Assembly: GCA_043228905.1 (NCBI GenBank)
Contig: JBHGNT010000001.1
Location: 26,102,001 to 26,166,000, forward strand
Length of the DNA stretch: 64,000 nucleotides
Source: Azolla caroliniana
Taxonomy: Eukaryota; Plantae; Polypodiophyta
Direction of reading: 5' to 3'
The position numbers and the translations under genes are program-made. The notes under the pieces were generated by a model. The model saw nothing but the letters and a program-made list of their open reading frames with translations, was not told the origin of the DNA and made no database searches. Below are positions 57,717-64,000 of the stretch, piece after piece (the first letter of the stretch is position 1; each line of letters opens with the position of its first letter).

Positions 57717-59723
57717 TGGTATCAGAGCACGAGGGTTGAGAATCCTATGCTGTCAACAAGTGAATTGTCAAAGACAAACCCAAACCTAACACTTGGTCAG
57801 AACAGAAAGAAGATATGGATAGAGGGATGGAAACCTTGCTTCGGACTAAGAAGCTCGACAAGAACAACTATGCATCTTGATCGTACAAGATGCAACAACA
57901 CCTGTTGGGGCACAATTACTGGAGTTATGTCAAAGGAGCGAATGAAGTAGCACCGGAGCCGGCACACAAGGACTTCCTAGTGTGGGAGCAAGGAGCAAGT
58001 AGGGTGTTGTATTGCCTCCCAACCTGTGTGCACGATCAGATGCTCGGCTACATTAGAGACGCGAAGTTGCTGAAAGAAGCCTCAGAAAATCTGAAAAAGA
58101 TTTTTGCCGCCAGTACCACGGCCCAGAAGTTGTAGCTCCAACAACAGCTCAACAACATCCAGTAAAGGGACATATCAGTTACGGACTACACCACCAATAT
58201 CAAGGAGATCTGTGACGCACTAGTGTCCATCAACGTGGCGGTGTACGAAGATGAGTTGGTGCAGATCTGCCTCAGTGGTCTAGCGCAGAGGTACGAGTCT
58301 ATCTGGACGATGATTTGCACCCGGGAGAAGCCACCGTCTTTCTTTGACCTACAATTGATGCCAATGGTCGAAGAAAACCACGCGAGTGGGTCGAGGACCA
58401 CTCAACCGGACAACTGGATGCTATACACGGAGGTAGATCAGCCCCGTGGGCGTGGAGGATCAAGTGGATCGACACGCAACACTGGCGGCTGACAAGAACA
58501 GAATCGGAGGCACAGAGATAGTGTCGACAACAATTCCGAACCCTCCACAAGTAGGGGTAGTCAAGGCGGCGCCGGAAACCGGCAATCGAAAGTTGATACA
58601 GAATGTTGGTATTGTGGCAACAAAGGCCACCGAGAAATGAGTGCTGGAAGAAGCGCGCCGACTCGGATAAATCTAGATTTGGTAAGGTTGGACAAGGGAA
58701 TCGACAGATCTCGCACTACGCAGAAGGATCAAAAGGATCCGGAACTGGAAAAACCGAAAAAGGGCTAGCCTTCCAAATCAGAGGAAGTGTAGTACGTTGA
58801 CTCTTGAGTGTCTAACCACATGACGAGCCATGAAGAGTAGTTCTCAAATTTGGAAAAACCAGAGCAACCGGGAGTCGTTGAAACCAGAGACAACACCCCT
58901 CACCCGATCGAACATGTTGGAGAAGTCCCATAAGTCATGTCAGGCAAAAAGGGAAGCTGATGAATGTGTTACACGTCCCGACAATTACAAAGAACTTGGT
59001 GTCGGTCAGACAGATCATCGACCAGGGGATGCAAAGTTCGATTCACACATCTCGGGTGCTTCATCGAGGAGGAGATCCAGATAATTGCGCAAGGGTGTTG
59101 GGAGAGGAGGATGTTTATCCTCGACACCAATGACGTTGGCGCCGTTTTATTCGCAAAAGCACAGAAGATCGAGTTGGATATCGACTTGTGGCACAAGCAG
59201 ATTGGCCATGTCAATTATCAAAGGCTTCAGGATTGTAGTCGAAACAGGTGGTGTTCGAACTCCCAAATTTTAGTGGCCAAAAGGCCCAAATTTATGAAGC
59301 CTGATAGCTCGAGAAGCAAGACCGACTTCCATTCCCCAACAAGTGAAACCAGAGCCGTAACAAGGTCGACTTAGAGGATTTAGTTTGTCCCTTGCTAAAA
59401 TATCTTTGAAGAACTTGTACTGATTTTCCAAGTCAGTCCTCGCGAGCGGATATGGGCCCCAGAGGATGGTGTAGAAACTCTCTGCCCATAAGTCGTGCCT
59501 GAAAGCGGCCGATGACAAGGAGATACATTCGGATGTATGGGGACTAACATAAAATGTCAATCTTGGCGGGAGCTGATATTTCGTCTCCTTCATCGATGAA
59601 TATAGCTAGCACACGTGGATCTATCTCATTGAGAAGAAAAGAGAGGTCTTCGACTGTTTCCAGAACCTGCAAAGTCTTTTCGATCGGGAAATAGGGAGGA
59701 AGATCAAGTGCCTATGGTCGGAT

Positions 59724-59860
59724 GGCGGAAAATAATACTTTTCTAGCCAATTCAATAGTTATTGCAGTAGAAAGGAATTTGGAGGGAATTCGGTGGAAAA
59801 GAATACTTTTTCAGCCAATTCAACAGTTATTTGCAGTAGAAAGGAATTCGGAGGGAATTC
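59724..59860 (+). repeat. 68/69-bp tandem duplication in the E2 integrase
   Basis: GG(C/T)GGAAAA..AGCCAATTCAA..GGAGGGAATTC occurs twice. Confidence 0.9.
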
Positions 59861-61487
59861 AGTTGTCGATACACTCTGGAATAGAATGACATAGCCGAGA
59901 GGAAGAATCGGTCGATCGTCGAGGCGGCACGGGCAATGTTGGAGGAGAAGAGCATGCCCAATTCTACTGGGCCGAAGCGGTCCGGATGGCCGTCTACATT
60001 CAAAACCGGATCGGGATAAGGTGTCAGCACACAAGCTATATTTCGGGAGGAAGCAGAATTTACGACACGTGAGGATATTCAGCAATATTGCATATGTGCA
60101 TGTGTTGGATGAGAGGCGGAGAAAGCTGGACCCGAAGTCGGAGAAGTGCATTTCGGTCGGCTACTCACACGAATAGAAGGGGTGTGAGTGTTATAACCCC
60201 GAACTAAACAAGTTCAAGTAAGCCGCGATGTCGAGTTCGATGAGTCGGCATCATGGTACTCCTTACCGACTCCGGCTCCGACCCCCGACAACTTCGACTA
60301 CCTGATCACAGAGGATGAGGCCAATGAGGAAATGATCCGAGCCGAAGATGATGATGATGAAGAGTTCGGTACTCGAGATGAGAGTCCGATCTCATTCCGG
60401 TAGAGTTGTCCAAATGAAGGGCTGAGTCGGAAAGACCAGCATGATGATGAGCCAGTAGGTAGTAGCGACTCAATTGTGCTCTCCCCGCGCAAGGAACCGA
60501 AGAGACGGTTCACGCGCAAAGAAAAGGGGAAGAAGAAGATGTCAGAATATGACACCGGTAGGGACGAATCAGATTGGAGCGAATTCGACTCCAGAAAGAA
60601 CGAAGATGGACCTTCGGAGACAAAGTTCAAATTGGCCAAGGGAGCCCTTAAATCGCCTAACGAGAAGTTACGCTAATCTAACCACTAAAAGAATCTCGTG
60701 AAGCGGTATGGGTATAATGAGTACATGGCGCATCACTAATGCGTACATGACTAAAGTGGCGGAAGTGTGTGAGCTAGAGAGCTACGCAGAAGTGGCGAAA
60801 GACGCGAACTGGCATGCCGCGATGGAGGAAGATATGCGGGCACTCGATGCCAACAACACCTGGGATCTGGTTGACCCTCCCCGACACTACAAACTGGTCG
60901 GTTGCAAGTGGGTCCGGCTAGTGGCGAAGAGATATGCATAGACCCACAGAATCAACTATGATGAGACCTTAGCTCTGGTAACGAAGATGACGACAGTCTA
61001 TGTGCTGCTAGCGATTGTTGCGGCAAGGGGTGGCATCTTCACCAAATGGATGTGAAGAATGCGTTTTTTCAAGGCGATCTTAAAGAACAAGTCTACATGA
61101 TTCAGCCCCTTGATTTCCAATTGGAGATGAACAAGTCAGCAGTGTACCGAGTCAAGAAGTCGCTCTATGGCTTGAAGCAAGCCCCCCGATCTTGGAATTT
61201 TAAAGTCACGCACCGGTTGCGTAAGATGGGGTTCGCAGCCTCGAAGTCTAACTCTTCGTCGTTCATCCAGAAGGTCCAGTGTGCATCTTGCTATATCTGG
61301 ATGATCTAGTCATCACCAGACCCGGACTCGCTGAAACCGGCCAAGTCAAGTCCCAATTGTTGTATGCGTTCGAAATGAAGGACCTGGGGGACCTTCATTA
61401 TTTCCTCGAGATCGAAGTGATCCTAAACCCTGGACTGGAACCTGAAGCTTCATCCCGACTCCGAACCAGCCTGCAACGAGAGACCGT

Positions 61488-62105
61488 TGTCGAGGTATTC
61501 CTCGCGGATGCGTAGAACGAGGCGGGACCTCGGGGGTCCTGTACCGAAGAGCAAGAGAGAAATGAGAAGAGACCCACTACGTGCAAGCATAGATCCACAG
61601 GGACACGGCCCTTCGACCCAAAGACGCGAGTGGGACAGCGACACAGAGAGACACGAATGTATGTATGTATTAACAAAGACAAAAACAACAAGAGGACGAA
61701 GTCGGTTACAACCGAACAGGCCGGCGAACAGATGTCGATGCCTGTTCGTAAACGCACAGAAAGAAAGGAGTAGGTTGGAGGTGCTGCCGGAAGCACTCGG
61801 GCATTCCTCAGAGCAGCGCGAGCCTCCCGAAACCTGCACAGAAAGGAGCTATGGAGTTTGGAAGAGAGAGAAGCCTTCGGCCTACAATCCGACAGCACTT
61901 CGTCCTCTCTTACTTCGCGATCCCTTCCTCCTCCTCGTCTCCCTCCTTTTATAGGCAAGAAGGGAGCCGTTTCCTATTAACTTCTTACCTACCGAATCTT
62001 CCTACCTAGGATCTTCTATGTACAACGTAAGGCGTACGTGCATGAAGAGCCGGTTCCTATGCTCCGGCGCACCGATTCCGCTCGTGGACGGTTTTCTTCA
62101 CGACA
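61488..62105 (-). mobile_element. Family A solo LTR (A2-type)
   Basis: TGTCG..CGACA termini; perfect 4-bp TSD CCGT; similar to 13037-13687. Confidence 0.93.
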
Positions 62106-62123
62106 CCGTTCCGACAGATTGTC

Positions 62124-62857
62124 TGTAAAAAGTAGCGTGCGGAAGCAAGTATGAAGACCGAACAGAAGGAAGAAAACTCAGGTTTAATAGAGAGCTTGAG
62201 CTTACGCAGTATACGCGGGAGAGAGAGAGAGAACACAAGAACTATATTCAACAAAAGTACTCAATCTCTATTCACCACACTATACATATGTGTGTTCAAT
62301 GAACACTTTTATACAAGTCCTAGAAGGACTGACAGAAGTACTGACAGTACTTCAATGCTCATTAAGAGCTCCTACACTAACTCCCAAATATATTCCTCAC
62401 GGAATATCTTTCCTAACGGCCTCCCGGTTTACGCACCGATCCGGCCCTACCTACGCATCGGTCTGCGTACCGGTTTACGCATTCGGCCTAACCGATCCGG
62501 TCCTCGGCTTCTTCAGCCGATCTGGCCGATGTTGAGCTTGTCTCTCAAACTCCCCCTCAAGCTCAACTTGAGGCTCTTCGGGATCTTCGGGCTCACAGCT
62601 TCGGTTCCTCCTGGCTTCACGCCTCGCTTGCGCTCCACGACCTGTTCAAGTCTACGCGCTTCGACCCTTCCGGTCGGCTTGTCTGCTCATGTGGCCCTTA
62701 TCAGCTCTTCTGTTGTTGCGGTGTTGACGCTTCTCCTGCTGCCTTTTCTTCCACTTGGGCCTCGGTTGATTCAGCGTATCTGAATCAAACATCCGAACTG
62801 ACTCGGCTACCTACGATCGGTTTTCGCTCTCGTCCGAGTTGGCTGTCTCCAACTTGT
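62124..62857 (-). mobile_element. 3' end of copia E3 (E2-related): 3' LTR 62124-62549, PPT and upstream region
   Basis: Minus strand AGCTTGAGGGGGAG precedes TTTGAGAGACAAGCTCAAC; shares a long block with the E2 LTR (GAGCATTGAAGTACT..CTTGTATAAAAGTG). Confidence 0.75.
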
Positions 62858-62944
62858 TGTTGGGAGACAGGTCCCTTCGGATGGGAAGGGAGAAGAACAG
62901 TGCCAATGAACAAACTCGGCCGAGGCCGATAGGCCGACGCCCAA

Positions 62945-63321
62945 ACCGGATGAGGAGTACCCGGCTACGGAGAGCCGGATGGTGCAGACCCGGTGTGAAC
63001 CAGATGAGGAGTACCCGGCGACGGAGAGCCGGATGGTGCAGACCCGGTGTGAACCGGATGAGGAGTACCCGGCTACGGAAAGCCGGATGGTGCAGACCCG
63101 GTGTGAACCGGATGAGGAGTACCCGGCTACGGAGAGCCGGATGGTGAGACCCGGTGTGAACCGGATGAGGAGTACCCGGCTACGGAGAGCCGGATGGTGC
63201 AGACCCGGTGTGAACCGGATGAGGAGTACCCGGCTAAGGAGAGCCAGATGGTGCAAACTCGGTGTGAACCGGATGAGGAGTACCCGGCTACAGAGAGCCA
63301 GATGGTGTAGACCCAGTGAGA
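62945..63321 (+). repeat. 54-bp tandem repeat, about 7 copies, in the family C LTR
   Basis: ACCGGATGAGGAGTACCCGGCTACGGAGAGCCGGATGGTGCAGACCCGGTGTGA units; one unit lacks 2 nt. Confidence 0.95.
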
Positions 63322-63812
63322 ACCGAAGGAAGAGACATATTCGTAAATATGTTTCTGAGAGCCCATCGAGGCTATATTTGTAAATAGCCGAAAAGTTATA
63401 TTAGTATAAATATGACCTAGGGCAAACTTTTAGTTGTTGTTGTCATTTTTCTATTTTGCACGAGATTAGTGTGCGTAACTGTACAGAGAGAGAGAGAGAG
63501 AGAGAGAAAGAGGTCGTTGCCTCTGTTGTAACCGCCGCCTGTGGCGAAGATTTGTGAGCACGAGATTGGTGCCTCAGTGAACTCACTATTTTATATTCCT
63601 ACATAGTGACAGTTTGCAGCCTGTGGGCTGCCGTGGTTTTTTCCCCTAGTTTGGGGTTTTCCACGTAAACCTCCTGTGTATTCTCTTCTTCTTCTTGTCG
63701 TGTTTTATTTCCCGTTTTCTGTGTATCATTCTAAGCTCGGTTGTGGCCGAGCGTCGCGCATAAGGAACGTTGGGTTCCCGTCAAGTGGTATCAGAGCGAA
63801 ACGACACAGAAA

Positions 63813-64000
63813 ATGGACGAATCGTTTGGCAGCATGTTCAAGCTCACCGGCTCCAACTATTCAGTGTGGAAGTCGAAGATGAGAGACATGCTCGTGGTTA
63901 AAGATCATTGGCTACCGGTTCAGTTCGGGGACAAGAGACCGGACAAGATCGACGCCACAATATGGGAGGTGATGCACATGAAGACAACGACGTACATACG
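63813..64000 (+). CDS. gag: Copia Gag N-terminus, open to the window end
   Basis: MDESFGSMFKLTGSNYSVWKSKMRDMLVVKDHW..., with the typical copia Gag L.G.NY..W...M motif. Confidence 0.85.
   Translation, partial: MDESFGSMFKLTGSNYSVWKSKMRDMLVVKDHWLPVQFGDKRPDKIDATIWEVMHMKTTTYI

Larger units (their letters stand above)
57272..62123 (+). mobile_element. Ty1/copia element E2, decayed, 3' end interrupted
   Basis: LTR 57272-57716; PBS TGGTATCAGAGC at 57717; gag (CWYCGNKGH); integrase (IHSDVWG); RT (QMDVKNAF, KKSLYGLKQAPRSW, YLDD). Confidence 0.9.
62858..64000 (+). mobile_element. Ty1/copia family C element, 5' part
   Basis: LTR 62858-63783; iMet PBS TGGTATCAGAGC 63786-63797; start of gag. Confidence 0.93.

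Noticed and set aside
62151-62783. 210-aa ORF as a host gene
   Set aside because: It runs antisense across a copia LTR and PPT; no domain features
62945-63383. Repeat protein (MVQTRCEPDEEYPATESR)n or CRISPR array
   Set aside because: Pure tandem repeat in an LTR; a 2-nt deletion breaks the frame; no unique spacers

Overview
The window appears to consist entirely of nested LTR retrotransposons. I found no host gene, rRNA or tRNA gene, or CRISPR array. The primer-binding sites (PBS) match plant cytosolic tRNA ends, CG/CHG C>T decay is heavy, and a Tcn1-like chromovirus is present, which together point to heterochromatin of a plant, probably a non-seed plant (inference). Family letters below are my own labels. 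Family A is an unusual Ty3/gypsy group: A1 1-3281 (+), A2 3352-13687 (-), A3 13688-18881 (-), A4 23837-41400 (+), a solo LTR at 61488-62105, and the AT-richer relative F at 53197-56171. It has TGTCG..CGACA termini, a tRNA-Trp PBS, a DHG protease motif, a candidate -1 frameshift pseudoknot after the protease, a conserved hairpin before the polypurine tract (PPT), and 4-bp target-site duplications (TSDs) that are always centred on CpG. Family B comprises two pol-less elements (4903-9124, 24884-35334). They share the family-A cis signals, encode a Gag N-terminal piece fused to a long repetitive low-complexity tail, and both sit inside family-A copies. Family D comprises two Athila/Tat-like elements with an extra ORF after pol. 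Also present are a young chromovirus (26410-32149) with a Tf1-type self-priming signal, and several Ty1/copia elements and LTRs (C, E1-E3). Nesting reaches about six levels. The best candidate for a new system is the family A helper plus family B satellite pair with CpG-specific integration. All coordinates and comparisons were read by eye, and tRNA ends were matched from memory.
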